A stretch of DNA of 64,000 bases from a virus (taxonomy: Duplodnaviria; Caudoviricetes), in IMG/VR virus record IMGVR_UViG_3300043598_000016, positions 64 to 64,063 of that record, one strand, 5' to 3'. The first letter of the stretch is position 1, and each line of letters starts with the position of its first letter. Both the position numbers and the translations under genes were made by a program. This document shows positions 43,742 through 53,818 of the stretch, piece after piece. A model generated the notes under the pieces. The model had not been told where the DNA came from. It did not search any database and saw only the letters and a program-made list of their open reading frames with translations.

Positions 43742-46095
43742 TCGGTCACCTCCGGGGGGTCGATGGGCGCGCCGTACTGGAATTGCTCGGACCGGCGGAT
43801 CTGCGCGGCGACCCGGTTGGCGTCCGGCTCCCAGGTGTAGGAAACGAAGCGGTGCCAGAGCTCCACGTGCCCGGCGTACGGGATGTCCCCGAGGATCAGC
43901 CCGTCATCGCCCACCGTGTAGCTGCCCACCGGGGCATTGGGGTGGTCAGCGTCCAGGATGATCTCCCCGATGGTGATCGCGGCGCGGCGGCGCAGCAGCT
44001 CGTCCCCGGCGGCCGCGTTGGTGCCGGCCACCGTGCCCAGGGTCTGATCGGTGACCACCGCCACCCGGCGGATCCGGTGCGGGTCGGCCCGGCCGGCGTA
44101 GCCGCGCACAGCGGCCCGGCCTTCCCCCTTGCCCCGGTACATGACCTGGCTGGCGTAGGCGCCGGGCTCCTCCCGCAGTGGGAACGCGTCGAGCATATTT
44201 TCATCCAGCGCAAACCTGAGCTCGAACCGCTTCCTACCGATCCTCGGGTAGCCGAGCTCGATCACCTGCAGCACGGCGGTGCGGTCCGCGTTCCACCGGG
44301 GCCGCTCCACGTAGTCGATGAAAAACGTCTTACACAGGTTGTCGATCTCCCGGCCACAGTCGATGTCGGAGTACCAACTCAGCACGTAGGGCTTGGCCTC
44401 CACAATGCGCGGCGTGCGGATCTTCTTAGAGCCGTCGCTCATGTCGATGGTGATCACACCGGTTTCCGGGTCGGTGTAGCTGGCCACCTCGTAGGGCTCC
44501 TCGGGTACCTCGGGCTCCTCGGGCGGATCCTCCGGGTCTGGCTCGTCCTCGGGGTCCACCGGGTCCGGCGGCGGGGCCGGCTCGGTGGTGTCGTCGTAGA
44601 GCAGCTCACCGGTGTCCGGGTCAAAGTCGTGATAGGCCGGCACGCCGAGGCGCCCTTTCGAGGCCACGTCGGGGGACACCATCACGTCCAGCCGGGCGTC
44701 CGGGTAGCTGGTGAGGTGCGCCCAGATATCCCGGATCACGTCGCACGGGTCAGCCTCGAGATAGGACTCATCGCCCAGGAACGGCATGTTCTGCGCGTAG
44801 CCGCTCACGCCGATGGCCTCGAGCGCGTAGGTTTCCCCGTCCACCCCGGACGGCTGCAGGATGCCCGAGGCGAGGATCTGCCCGTCCTGCTCGGCGTGAA
44901 TCCAGGTGGCCCACGGATCCAGGTTGAGCTCTTTGAGCCCCTTATACTCGGGGCGGAGATCGGCCCGGATCACGGTGGGCCCACTCAGTGTGTAGGTGAT
45001 CGCCGGGTTGATCAGCGGCAGATCCCAGTCAAGCCAACGGTGGGTGCGGATGTCCTGGGCGATGAACCGCAGTGGCGCCCGGGCGGCCCGGCGCGGCGGG
45101 CTGGTCAGCAGCTCCACGTCCGGCGGTGGGTAGTCGATGTCCCCGGCGATCGAGGCGTACGGGATCGAGCGGGGCGCCATCACGGTCAGCGCCTCGGCGC
45201 CGGCCAGCTGCAGGTGCACCCCGGCCGTGCTGGACACCGGGGCCAGCGGGGTGAGCGCCTCGGCGGTGCTCGAGCGGGAGCCGGTGGGAGTGGATACCGG
45301 GTGCGTCGCGGTGATCGTTTTCATCACCTTATAGGCCGCTGGGCAGCTGCTCACCGGGCCGGCGGCGGTCACCGTGGCGCCGGTCATCCGCTTGCCCGCG
45401 CCGGCCGGCACCGAGCTCACCGGCCCGGTGTTGCTGACCGTGGCACCCGAGCGCAGCGGCGGGGCGAACCCGGTATTGAACCCGGCGCCGGCGAATTCCA
45501 TCCAGCCGGGCTGAGTGGTCACCTGGGCGCTGCCGACCACCAAGTCCGAGCCGGTGGCGCCGTAGTACAGCGTGCCGGTGTAGCTGGTGCTGGCGGTGTT
45601 GCCGGCCCGGTAGCCGATCTCGAGCACCACCCGATCGCCGGGCTGCGCGGCCACCGGGGTGATCGAGCCGGCGCCGATGATGACCTGCACCCCGAACGCG
45701 CTAGTGGAGATGGTCGGGGCCGGCCACTCGGCGCCGCCGCCCAAGGCCAGGCTGGTCAGCGCGCCGCGCACCACGTCCGTGCTGCCCACCGTGACGAACA
45801 TGTGTATCTGAACGATCATGTTGGCGGCCGCGTTGGATTCCAGGCAGCCGAACGTGAGCGTCATCGCGCCGTCGAGGGTGGCCGCGTTGTTCAGCGGGGT
45901 GGAGACGAACCGGCGCAGCAGGGTGGCCCAATTGTTGGTGGTGGAGGTCTCCGCCTTGGCCGCCGTGGTGCCGGCGCCCAGCTTGCGCGCCTGCAGCGAG
46001 GACGCGCCGGTCAGCGTCTTGTCATTCCAGGTGCCCCGGATGGTGGCCGGGGTGTAGCCGGCGGCGGTGTTGGTGAGGTAGAGGCGCAGCGCCAT
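43738..46095 (-). CDS. minor tail protein (beta N-domain fused to baseplate-hub-like domain)
   Basis: C-terminal ~450 aa resemble actinophage hub proteins (LDWDLPL...LSGP, LGYPRIGR, GKGEG); synteny. Confidence 0.75.
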   Translation of the reverse strand: MALRLYLTNTAAGYTPATIRGTWNDKTLTGASSLQARKLGAGTTAAKAETSTTNNWATLLRRFVSTPLNNAATLDGAMTLTFGCLESNAAANMIVQIHMFVTVGSTDVVRGALTSLALGGGAEWPAPTISTSAFGVQVIIGAGSITPVAAQPGDRVVLEIGYRAGNTASTSYTGTLYYGATGSDLVVGSAQVTTQPGWMEFAGAGFNTGFAPPLRSGATVSNTGPVSSVPAGAGKRMTGATVTAAGPVSSCPAAYKVMKTITATHPVSTPTGSRSSTAEALTPLAPVSSTAGVHLQLAGAEALTVMAPRSIPYASIAGDIDYPPPDVELLTSPPRRAARAPLRFIAQDIRTHRWLDWDLPLINPAITYTLSGPTVIRADLRPEYKGLKELNLDPWATWIHAEQDGQILASGILQPSGVDGETYALEAIGVSGYAQNMPFLGDESYLEADPCDVIRDIWAHLTSYPDARLDVMVSPDVASKGRLGVPAYHDFDPDTGELLYDDTTEPAPPPDPVDPEDEPDPEDPPEEPEVPEEPYEVASYTDPETGVITIDMSDGSKKIRTPRIVEAKPYVLSWYSDIDCGREIDNLCKTFFIDYVERPRWNADRTAVLQVIELGYPRIGRKRFELRFALDENMLDAFPLREEPGAYASQVMYRGKGEGRAAVRGYAGRADPHRIRRVAVVTDQTLGTVAGTNAAAGDELLRRRAAITIGEIILDADHPNAPVGSYTVGDDGLILGDIPYAGHVELWHRFVSYTWEPDANRVAAQIRRSEQFQYGAPIDPPEVTE

Positions 46096-46098
46096 CGG

Positions 46099-46449
46099 CT
46101 ACGTGGCGCCCTGAACGATCTTGTTACTGAGTTGATATTGCCCGGCCACCCCGTACACCTCGGCGGCCGGCAGCGGGCCGCCGGCGAGGTACGTGCCGCC
46201 GGTGGGGGCCGACCAGCGGCCGAAGTAGCTGAACGAGGAACCTAGCGGGATGTCGTGCAGCGTGCCCGAGTTGGTGGACTCACCGGCGGTGCTGGCCGGG
46301 TAGGGCCCGTTACGCCTCGGGCTGCCGGCCAGCTCATTGGCGCCGGTGGTGCCGGGATCGGCGGTGTGCATGCTGAACCAATCCGCGCCGCCGTTCACCG
46401 CGATGGAGTCCACGATTTTGTTTCGGGCGCCCATCGAGTAGCTGGTCAT
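46099..46449 (-). CDS. minor tail protein
   Basis: SMHTADPGTTGANE...WSAPTGGTY motif of small actinophage tail proteins. Confidence 0.75.
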   Translation of the reverse strand: MTSYSMGARNKIVDSIAVNGGADWFSMHTADPGTTGANELAGSPRRNGPYPASTAGESTNSGTLHDIPLGSSFSYFGRWSAPTGGTYLAGGPLPAAEVYGVAGQYQLSNKIVQGAT

Positions 46450-46462
46450 CTAGTCGAACTCC

Positions 46463-47518
46463 TCACGTAGTCACCTCGGGCCGCTGCTTAAAGTGGATCT
46501 CGGCCACGATGGTGGTGGCCTGGGTGGAGATCAACCGCCCGGCGCCCAGCCCGGACAGCATCCGATTGGTGAGGTGCCAATGCCGGGTGGTGCCCCGCCA
46601 CGCCACCGGCACCTCTTTGTTTGTCAGCACCAGCGGCAGCGTCTGCCGGGTGGTGGCGCCGGGCCAGTCGCACCGCCAGCGCGCCTCGTGCTGCAGCAGC
46701 CCGTCAACTAGCAGGCCGAGGAATCCGCCGAGGGAGCCGAGCCGGATCTGTACGCCCTTCACCTCGATCTTGGCATCGAAGTGGGTGGCCCAGTCCGGTA
46801 CCTGGATGTCCCAATTCGCGGTGAACGGCCAGGGGATGCTGGTCGTTTGGTTGGCCGGGATCAGGTCGCCGTCATCGTTGTCCCCGTCATCGCCACCGCC
46901 GCCGGGGCAGACCACCGGGGGCGGATCGCCGGGCGGTCCCTCACCGCCGCCGTCATCGGCCGGCTGGGTGCCGCCGGTCAGCGGGTTGACCACCGTGCGC
47001 AAGTCTTTGATCATCGCCTGGGTGACCGTGCCGGTGCTGGCCGGGTAGTCGATCCGGGCCAGGGTGATCGCCGAGTAGCCGAGGTTGAGCGCGTGCACCG
47101 ACTTGACGCCCGAGCCCACATTCTCGAGCACCCGGGTAAAGATGTACGGCCCGTGCGCGATGTCCGGCGGGATCGGCCAGGGCTCCCCGGAGATGGTGGG
47201 GTTTTCCACCGAGGCGATCACCAGATCGGAGCGGCCGCCGCCGGCCCCGGTGGGGTTGGTGGCCACCTCGTCCTGGGTGAACAGCCGCTGCAGGTACGCC
47301 TCTTTGCTGGCGTTCAGCGCCCGGTTGAGGATCCCGCAGGAACCCGGCAGCACCCGGATACCGGCGCCCGGCACCGCGAGCGCCTGCACCTGCAGATCCA
47401 CCGAGGAGAAAACTCCCTCTTGCCCCCCGATGGCGGCCCAGGCCAGCAGCCGGGCCATCTCCGCGCCATGCTCGGCGCCGCCGCCGATCGCCCACGGAAC
47501 TCCGTCTGACCACGCCAC
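46463..47518 (-). CDS. minor tail protein
   Basis: PWAIGGGAEH, RSDLV and LARIDYPASTGTVT..MI.DLR motifs. Confidence 0.78.
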   Translation of the reverse strand: MAWSDGVPWAIGGGAEHGAEMARLLAWAAIGGQEGVFSSVDLQVQALAVPGAGIRVLPGSCGILNRALNASKEAYLQRLFTQDEVATNPTGAGGGRSDLVIASVENPTISGEPWPIPPDIAHGPYIFTRVLENVGSGVKSVHALNLGYSAITLARIDYPASTGTVTQAMIKDLRTVVNPLTGGTQPADDGGGEGPPGDPPPVVCPGGGGDDGDNDDGDLIPANQTTSIPWPFTANWDIQVPDWATHFDAKIEVKGVQIRLGSLGGFLGLLVDGLLQHEARWRCDWPGATTRQTLPLVLTNKEVPVAWRGTTRHWHLTNRMLSGLGAGRLISTQATTIVAEIHFKQRPEVTT

Positions 47519-47528
47519 TAGTGACTCC

Positions 47529-48410
47529 TCACGGTGATACCCAGGTCTCACGCCACGCGGTGGTCATGGACGCGGTGCCGGTGATGTCTTGGCCCCTCAG
47601 CACGATCTCGTATGTGGCCGGCGGCAGCCGCACCTGGGACAGCACCGGGCTGCCCGGGGTGATGGTGCCGCCCAGGTCCGCGCCCGAGCTGGTGCGCACC
47701 CCGCGTGACCACGGCCGAGGATCTACGCCGATCCACTCACCGGCCTGCAAGATCACGTTCAGCCCGAGGCTCCAATGCCCGACCACCTGCACCACCGGTC
47801 GGGTGATCGGGCCCCGGATGAGGAACACCGGCCAGGCCGGCTCATCGCCCCCGATGGTGATCACCCCGGGGGCGTAGGAGATGCCCACCGATGCCCAGGG
47901 GAAAACGGCCGGGAAGATCAGCCCGCCGGCCTCGGGCGGCACGATGCTGACCGTATTGGACAGCTCCCCGTCGCTGTAGAACAGATCATCGGCGCACTGA
48001 AATTGACCGGTCAGCACGGTGTGCCCGGCGGACTCGGCGCCGAGCGTGGGCAGCAGCTGGCGGGGCCGCCCGTAGACCCGGCGCACCCGGCCGGCCCGAC
48101 CCATCCGCAGCATGCACACCTGGCCGGTCTGCCCGCGCACCAGGCTGGCCCGCCACGCGGTGCGCAGCGCGGCGTACTCGTCCAGCTGCGCCGCGCCCGG
48201 ATCGGTCAGCCCGGTTATGTCCAGCTCGATCACCTGGCCGGCGAAAAAATCCCGGCCGTAGCGGATCCCGTCCGCCCTCGGGTTCTGGGTGTCGTTGGTG
48301 ATGATGTCGCCGGGGGAATACCGGATGTCCTGCACCAGCAGCGGTGAGGGGCGCCGGCCAAAGTAGAAACCGTCCAGCTCACAGCCGTACTCGGGCAGAT
48401 CAACGATCAC
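47529..48410 (-). CDS. distal tail (Dit-like) protein
   Basis: First gene after tape measure; DG..YGRD, RRVYGRPR, F..ADD.FY, GPITRP. Confidence 0.8.
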   Translation of the reverse strand: MIVDLPEYGCELDGFYFGRRPSPLLVQDIRYSPGDIITNDTQNPRADGIRYGRDFFAGQVIELDITGLTDPGAAQLDEYAALRTAWRASLVRGQTGQVCMLRMGRAGRVRRVYGRPRQLLPTLGAESAGHTVLTGQFQCADDLFYSDGELSNTVSIVPPEAGGLIFPAVFPWASVGISYAPGVITIGGDEPAWPVFLIRGPITRPVVQVVGHWSLGLNVILQAGEWIGVDPRPWSRGVRTSSGADLGGTITPGSPVLSQVRLPPATYEIVLRGQDITGTASMTTAWRETWVSP

Positions 48411-51400
48411 TGTGTACTCCCCGCCGGGTATGCCGTAGCCGGAACATGACCTCACCGGCCACCGCGCTCGGGCCGATGCCGGCCGGCGGGGCCACGTTGA
48501 TGGTGCCCACCAGCGGGCCCGAGCTGGCCGGGCCGGCGGCCGCCGAAGCGCCGGCGGCGGCCGCGCGCACCTCCGAACGGAGCCGGCTCAGCGAGGTGGA
48601 CTGCAGCCGCGCCGCCTCTATGCCGCCCTCGGCGTAGCGGCGCACCAGATCGAACCCCATCCGCTGCGCGGCCATCATCAGCAGCATCTTGGACCGGGCC
48701 GAGCGGTTGATCGGGATAAACGCCTCGTCATCGCGGGAGCGGTCACCGATCACCCGCAACCGGCGGGGCGGCACGATCTGACCGAAGTTGGCCCGCATCG
48801 GCCGGGCGCCGGCCAGCCCACCCTTGGCGTACTTCTCCACGATCCCGCCGATGGCCAGCCCGCCGGTGGCCAGGATGGGTATCCGGATCTGCATCTGGCT
48901 GGCGTTGGCCACAAAGTCATTGATCTGCTGGATGGCCTGCTCCACGTCAGCGTCCACCAGCACGGTGGCTTTCAGCCCGTCCACGTACGCCTTGAGCTCA
49001 TCGCCTTTCTGGGTGCCGGGTTGGTTGTTGCCGTCCTGGGTCATGATCCCGATCAGATTGTCCACGTGCTGCTTGAGCATGTCCGCCTTGGCGGTGCCCG
49101 GCTGGATATTGCCGTCCATCTGCACGAACGCTTGCAGCTGGTCGATGTAGACCTTGAGCGCGTCCCCCTTGGCGGTGCCCGGCGCGGTGTCCGCATCGGC
49201 CTTGGCCATGCCGACAATGCCGTCTATGTAGGGCTTGAGCTGGTCCGCCTTGGACTTGGCCAGCGAGTCATCCGCGTCGATCTTGACCATGCCGTTGGGC
49301 ATCCGGGTGATCTTGGCGCCCAGGTCGGTGAGTTGCTTCTCCGCCGCCGCGCTGAGGAAGTCAACAGTGATCGTTTTCTGTCCGGGGATCGCCTGCATTT
49401 TCTGCACAATGCCGGTAACTTCCTGCTCCACCGCCGCCGCGTTGGTGGTGAACTGGGTGGCCGCCACCGCCGGGATCAGCCCGATCTTGTCGGCCAGCGC
49501 GTTGGCCGCCTCGGTGGTCAGCCCGGCGCCCTCGGCGGCGGCCACGAACGCGGCCCGGCTTTCCGCCATGGACTTGGCGGCCGCCGCCGAGGCACCCTCC
49601 ACCCCGCCGAGCGCAAGAGCGGCGGTGCCGGCGTCGGTGGCGGCTTTCTTGGCCGCATCGGACAGCCCGTTGAGCGCGGTGGCCATCGCGGCGGTCGGGG
49701 CGGCGCCGCTCTTGAGTCCGCCCAAGCTGTTACTGACCAGGGCCAGCGACTCGCCGAAAGACTTGGATGCCTCGGCGGCCAGCTGCTGCTCTTGCTTCAG
49801 CTTCTGAATCTCGGGCACGGACAGCCCGATGGACTTGGCCAGGTCGGCGGCCGGCGCGGCGGCGGCCAGCATCTCGTCCACCAGCAGCCGCATGGCTGCC
49901 TGGGCCTCGGCGGAGGGAATCGACCCGATCGCCAGCTGGATCTTTTGCAGCGCGGCCGGGCTGCCGAGGGCGGCCTGGGTGAGGTCATCCAGGGTCAGCC
50001 CGAGCGCGTCTATCGAGGTGCCGGCCTCCTGGTACACCGGGCTGGTGGCGATCATGTTCTGTACGTGCGCCTGCAGCTGGGTGTTCACCGTGCCGAGGGC
50101 GCCGGCCTCGCCCAACATCGCCCGGGTGTAGTCGTTGGTGTTGATCCCCAGGTCCTTGACCTTTTGCAGCGTGCCGTCCTTGGCCAGCTGATTGGCTTTC
50201 TCGGTGATGGTGGCCTGGGTGACCGCCCCGGTGACCTGGTCCAGCGTGCCGCGCAGCGAGTCGAGCTCGGCGCGGTGCTCGGCGGCTTTTTGTTTGGCCG
50301 CTTCCTGGCTGGCCCCGAACGCGCCGAGCGCCAGCGCACCGGCGGCCAGTGCGAGCCCCCAGGGGCCGCCCAGGAAGCCCACCAGCGAACCGAGCCCGGT
50401 GGTGATTGTCTTGCCTACCCCGGCGGCCAGCCCGGCCGTCGTCTTGAATCTGGTGGCCCCGGCGGCGGCGGTGTCGAACGATCGCGCGATGGCACCGAGG
50501 GTGGTATCCGCCCGAGTCTCGGCCAGGGCTTTCATGCTGGCCTGCACCGGGGTGATGGAGGTTCCGGCGGCCCGCGCGCCGGCCTGGATGGCCTGCAGCG
50601 AGGTGGAGAAATTCCGTACCGCCGTGATCGCGGTGTTGCCGGTGGTGGCGAACGTGGCATGCGCGGCGCCGAGGGTGCCCAGGTTGGTGCCGTAGCTCTT
50701 GGCCAGCGACTGCTGGACCTTCATTTCCTGGCCGAACGACTTGATCGCCGAGCCGGCCGAGGCGGTACCGGTGACCAGCGCGCGCACCGGGCTGGTAGCC
50801 GCCTGGAATGACTTCCCGAGCAGCCCGACCGCCCGGTTGGCGCCGCCGGCCTCGGTGTTGGTTTTGCGCAAGCCGCCGGACAGCCCGGAGAGGATGGCCG
50901 GGCCCACCTTGAGCGCCAGCAGGGCCAGCGCGGCGGTCTGGATCGGCCCGGGCAGTTGGCTGAATATGGTGAGCAGCCCGCCGGCCAGGGTGGCCAGGGG
51001 TCCGATCACGGTGGCCACGATCTGCAGCGCGCCGCCGAGCAGCGAGGCGGCGGCGGCCACCGTGCCCAGCCCGCCGCCGGCGGTGACGATGTTGGCAATG
51101 CCGGTCCGTACCGGCTCGAGGGAATCCCAGACGGCCTTGAATCCGTCGCCGATCGGGCGGACCGCCGCCAGCCCCTTGGTGCCCAGCTGGCCGAGCTGGT
51201 CCACCACCTTGGGCAGCCCCTCGGCGGCGGAGCGGACCATGGACTCTAGCGGGGTTTTGATCTTGTCGAATACCTGCAGGCCAACGGTCTCAAGCTGGGA
51301 TTTGAATCCCTCAACCGCGCCGCCCAGCCCCTTGGTCTTGGCCGCCGCCACGTCCGCCGCGCCGCCGGACTTGGACACGGCGGCGGACATTTTGTCCCAG

Positions 51401-52314
51401 TCCCCGCCGCTGGTGCGGGCCGCGATGCCGGCCAACCGGGCCGCGTCCGAGCCGAACGCGATGGAAGCGGCCGCCGCATACTGCTCGGGGGTCATCCGTT
51501 TGCTGGCCGCGTTCAGCTGGTCGAAAATCGCGGGCAGCCCCACGAAATTGCCCTGCGCGTTGAACGCGTTGACGCCTAGTTCCTCGAGCGCCTTGGCGCC
51601 CTGTTTGCTCGGGCTGGCCAGCGCCAGGAGAGCGGACTTGAGCAGGGTGCCGGCGTCGCTGCCCTTGATGCCGGAGTTGGCGAATAGGCCGAGGGCGGTG
51701 GCGGTGTCCTCGATCGAGATCCCGAACTGGGAAGCCACCGCCGAGCCGGCCTGCAGCGCGGCGGCAAAGTCGGTGATCTCACCGCTGCTGGCGTTCGCCA
51801 CGTTGGCCAGCACATCGGCCACCCGGCCGGCATTGTCCGCCGAGAGCCCGAACGCGTTGAGCGCGTTGGTCTGGATCTCGGCGGCCGCCGCGCCGTCGAT
51901 CTGCGCGGCGGCGGCCAGCTGCAGGGTGCCCCGCGCGGCCTGCATCGCCTGGTCAACGGTCAGCCCGCCCTTGGCCAGCTCGGTCATGGCGGCGGCCGCA
52001 TCGGCGGCTGAGGTGGCCGGCAAAGACAGGTCAGAGCCGAGCTGGCTGGCGGTGGCGCCCACCGCCTGCATCTGCGCGGCGGTGGCCCCGGTGACCGCCT
52101 GCAGGGTGTTCATATTCTGCTCGTAGGTGATCCCGAGAGTGATCACCTTTTGCAGCCCCACGGCGGCCACGGCGGTGCCGGCGGCTATCGCCATGCCGAT
52201 CACTCGGCCCGCGTTGGAGGCGGCCCCGGTGGCGCCCGCTAGGCCGGCCTGCAGCTTGCCCGGGAACCCGGTGAAATCCGGATCCACCAAGATCGAAACC
52301 TTGCCACCGGCCAC
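48400..52314 (-). CDS. tape measure protein (TP901 family)
   Basis: 1304 aa Ala/Gly-rich; ELAKGGL...GIKGSDAGT.LK core; follows chaperones. Confidence 0.93.
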   Translation of the reverse strand: MAGGKVSILVDPDFTGFPGKLQAGLAGATGAASNAGRVIGMAIAAGTAVAAVGLQKVITLGITYEQNMNTLQAVTGATAAQMQAVGATASQLGSDLSLPATSAADAAAAMTELAKGGLTVDQAMQAARGTLQLAAAAQIDGAAAAEIQTNALNAFGLSADNAGRVADVLANVANASSGEITDFAAALQAGSAVASQFGISIEDTATALGLFANSGIKGSDAGTLLKSALLALASPSKQGAKALEELGVNAFNAQGNFVGLPAIFDQLNAASKRMTPEQYAAAASIAFGSDAARLAGIAARTSGGDWDKMSAAVSKSGGAADVAAAKTKGLGGAVEGFKSQLETVGLQVFDKIKTPLESMVRSAAEGLPKVVDQLGQLGTKGLAAVRPIGDGFKAVWDSLEPVRTGIANIVTAGGGLGTVAAAASLLGGALQIVATVIGPLATLAGGLLTIFSQLPGPIQTAALALLALKVGPAILSGLSGGLRKTNTEAGGANRAVGLLGKSFQAATSPVRALVTGTASAGSAIKSFGQEMKVQQSLAKSYGTNLGTLGAAHATFATTGNTAITAVRNFSTSLQAIQAGARAAGTSITPVQASMKALAETRADTTLGAIARSFDTAAAGATRFKTTAGLAAGVGKTITTGLGSLVGFLGGPWGLALAAGALALGAFGASQEAAKQKAAEHRAELDSLRGTLDQVTGAVTQATITEKANQLAKDGTLQKVKDLGINTNDYTRAMLGEAGALGTVNTQLQAHVQNMIATSPVYQEAGTSIDALGLTLDDLTQAALGSPAALQKIQLAIGSIPSAEAQAAMRLLVDEMLAAAAPAADLAKSIGLSVPEIQKLKQEQQLAAEASKSFGESLALVSNSLGGLKSGAAPTAAMATALNGLSDAAKKAATDAGTAALALGGVEGASAAAAKSMAESRAAFVAAAEGAGLTTEAANALADKIGLIPAVAATQFTTNAAAVEQEVTGIVQKMQAIPGQKTITVDFLSAAAEKQLTDLGAKITRMPNGMVKIDADDSLAKSKADQLKPYIDGIVGMAKADADTAPGTAKGDALKVYIDQLQAFVQMDGNIQPGTAKADMLKQHVDNLIGIMTQDGNNQPGTQKGDELKAYVDGLKATVLVDADVEQAIQQINDFVANASQMQIRIPILATGGLAIGGIVEKYAKGGLAGARPMRANFGQIVPPRRLRVIGDRSRDDEAFIPINRSARSKMLLMMAAQRMGFDLVRRYAEGGIEAARLQSTSLSRLRSEVRAAAAGASAAAGPASSGPLVGTINVAPPAGIGPSAVAGEVMFRLRHTRRGVHSDR

Positions 52315-52426
52315 GCGCTCACCTCCTCAAATTTGACGATCCGTCACACGGGCCACGCGCGTACCATGCTTGCGCCGTAGTCGGGGGACATAGCGGCACC
52401 GCTCGAGCACCCTTGGGAGCCTCCGA

Positions 52427-52831
52427 ATGTCCACACCCATCCGTCTGACCACCTGCGCCGTTCTGGCGTCCGGGCTCATGCTGGCCACCGCCGCGCCGGC
52501 GCTGGCCGCCCCGCCGGCCCAGCCGGTGATCACCGTATCCGCCGCCGCCGCGCCGGTCCTCGAGCAGGGTGGCGGTGACCGGGGTGACCGCCGGGCGTTC
52601 CGCCGGGGGCTCGAGCAGGGCGCCCGGGAGGGTCGCCGGGCCGGCGGCCGCGATGCCCGCCAGTCCTGCCGCCGGGCCGACCGGGGCGATGCCAGTATCC
52701 AGTCCCGGAAGAGTCGCCAAGACGAATTCGATCGCGGGTTCGAGATCGGCTACGGCCGGGGCTACAACCTGGCGTTTGACGCGGTGGCCCGGAACTTCTG
52801 TAATCGTGGCGGTGGTCGGGGCGGGCGCTAG
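52427..52831 (+). CDS. secreted protein, antisense insertion in the tail operon
   Basis: GGGAG RBS, Sec signal ending ALA, Gxxx helical repeats, two Cys. Confidence 0.75.
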   Translation: MSTPIRLTTCAVLASGLMLATAAPALAAPPAQPVITVSAAAAPVLEQGGGDRGDRRAFRRGLEQGAREGRRAGGRDARQSCRRADRGDASIQSRKSRQDEFDRGFEIGYGRGYNLAFDAVARNFCNRGGGRGGR

Positions 52832-53376
52832 ATACCCAGCAGGGCGTCAAACACGTCACTGCTGACCCGGCGCTTCCCGCCGCCGAGGTCCACCCCGGCG
52901 CCGTCCTTCGCTAGGGCGGCGCCCGGGGTGAGCTTCTCCCCATAACGCTCGAGCAGCTCGGCGTACTGGCGCTGGTAGAACTCAGCCAGGCTCGGCGGCC
53001 GGGCCGCCACCGGCTCGATCATCGGTATCGGCGGCGGCTTGTGCCCGGCCCGCTTGCGCTCCGCCACCACCTTTTTGACCTCGGGATCCTCCGGGTCGGT
53101 GATCCATCGGCTGTACTCGCTGCGCAGCCAGTAAGACCACATGTCCACCAGGTCGGCCAGGTTGGTGGCGATCAGTGACCAGTCGGCCATATCGCCCATC
53201 TCCTCACGGGCGGTGGCCGAGCCGGGCGGCAGCTGGCGGATCAGCTGGGCCATGGTGACCGCCGGCACCTCGCCGAGCGCGTCATCCAGGTCCAGGCGGT
53301 AGTAGCGGCGGAGATCGGCGCGGATGGCATCCTGGCGCGTGGCCAGCGCGGTGGCCAGGATGCTCAGGCTTCCCCC
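52828..53376 (-). CDS. tail assembly chaperone, -1 frameshift extension (gpGT-like)
   Basis: Open -1 frame entered at GGGGGAA; ADLRRYY.LD...LP..SAT motif. Confidence 0.82.
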   Translation of the reverse strand, partial: GGSLSILATALATRQDAIRADLRRYYRLDLDDALGEVPAVTMAQLIRQLPPGSATAREEMGDMADWSLIATNLADLVDMWSYWLRSEYSRWITDPEDPEVKKVVAERKRAGHKPPPIPMIEPVAARPPSLAEFYQRQYAELLERYGEKLTPGAALAKDGAGVDLGGGKRRVSSDVFDALLGI

Positions 53377-53807
53377 TGGGCCCCCGTCTGGGTGGCCACC
53401 CCGGCGATAACCGCCAGCTGGGCCACCACCCGATTGGATTTCAGCGTGGGCAGCGTCTCGGTGTAGTCGTTGAGCCGCTGCGCGTCCGCCTCGCCGACCA
53501 GCATCGCCCAGCACTTGAGTTCCTCCCCGGCCTCGGCCAGCTTGGCCCACTGGCCGGCCTCCCTCGGGGTGAGGTCCCGGCGCACCGTGTAGGTGTGCCC
53601 GTCCAGCAGCACCTTCTGGGCCGAGGTGTCGATGGAGGCCAGCTGCTCGTCCAGGTTGATCACGTTGCTGGCGGGCGGCCCGCCGAGCCGGTAGCCGTTC
53701 GGGGCCGGCGGCTCGGCGGGTCGCTGCTGCCCGATCGCGGCGGCCACGGCGGCCACCAGCTCGGGGGTGATGGTCGGGGTGGGGGCTGGGCTGCCCTGCT
53801 CATTCAC
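53364..53807 (-). CDS. tail assembly chaperone (gpG-like)
   Basis: Follows major tail gene; ends at slippery site. Confidence 0.82.
   Translation of the reverse strand: MNEQGSPAPTPTITPELVAAVAAAIGQQRPAEPPAPNGYRLGGPPASNVINLDEQLASIDTSAQKVLLDGHTYTVRRDLTPREAGQWAKLAEAGEELKCWAMLVGEADAQRLNDYTETLPTLKSNRVVAQLAVIAGVATQTGAQGEA
53370..53376 (-). promoter_or_regulatory. programmed -1 frameshift slippery site GGGGGAA
   Basis: CAG GGG GAA GCC TGA at the end of the chaperone gene. Confidence 0.85.
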
Positions 53808-53818
53808 GGTGGAGGCTC

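Noticed and set aside
43783-46245. Long antisense ORFs (820 aa here; also 4815-6833, 49021-50811, 60509-62806, 19969-21315)
   Set aside because: Shadow frames of real high-GC3 genes; no RBS, no motifs, and R/G/H-rich composition typical of artefacts.
53364-53376. Frameshift between the tail chaperone ORFs as a pseudogene or novelty
   Set aside because: This is the well-known programmed -1 frameshift at GGGGGAA.
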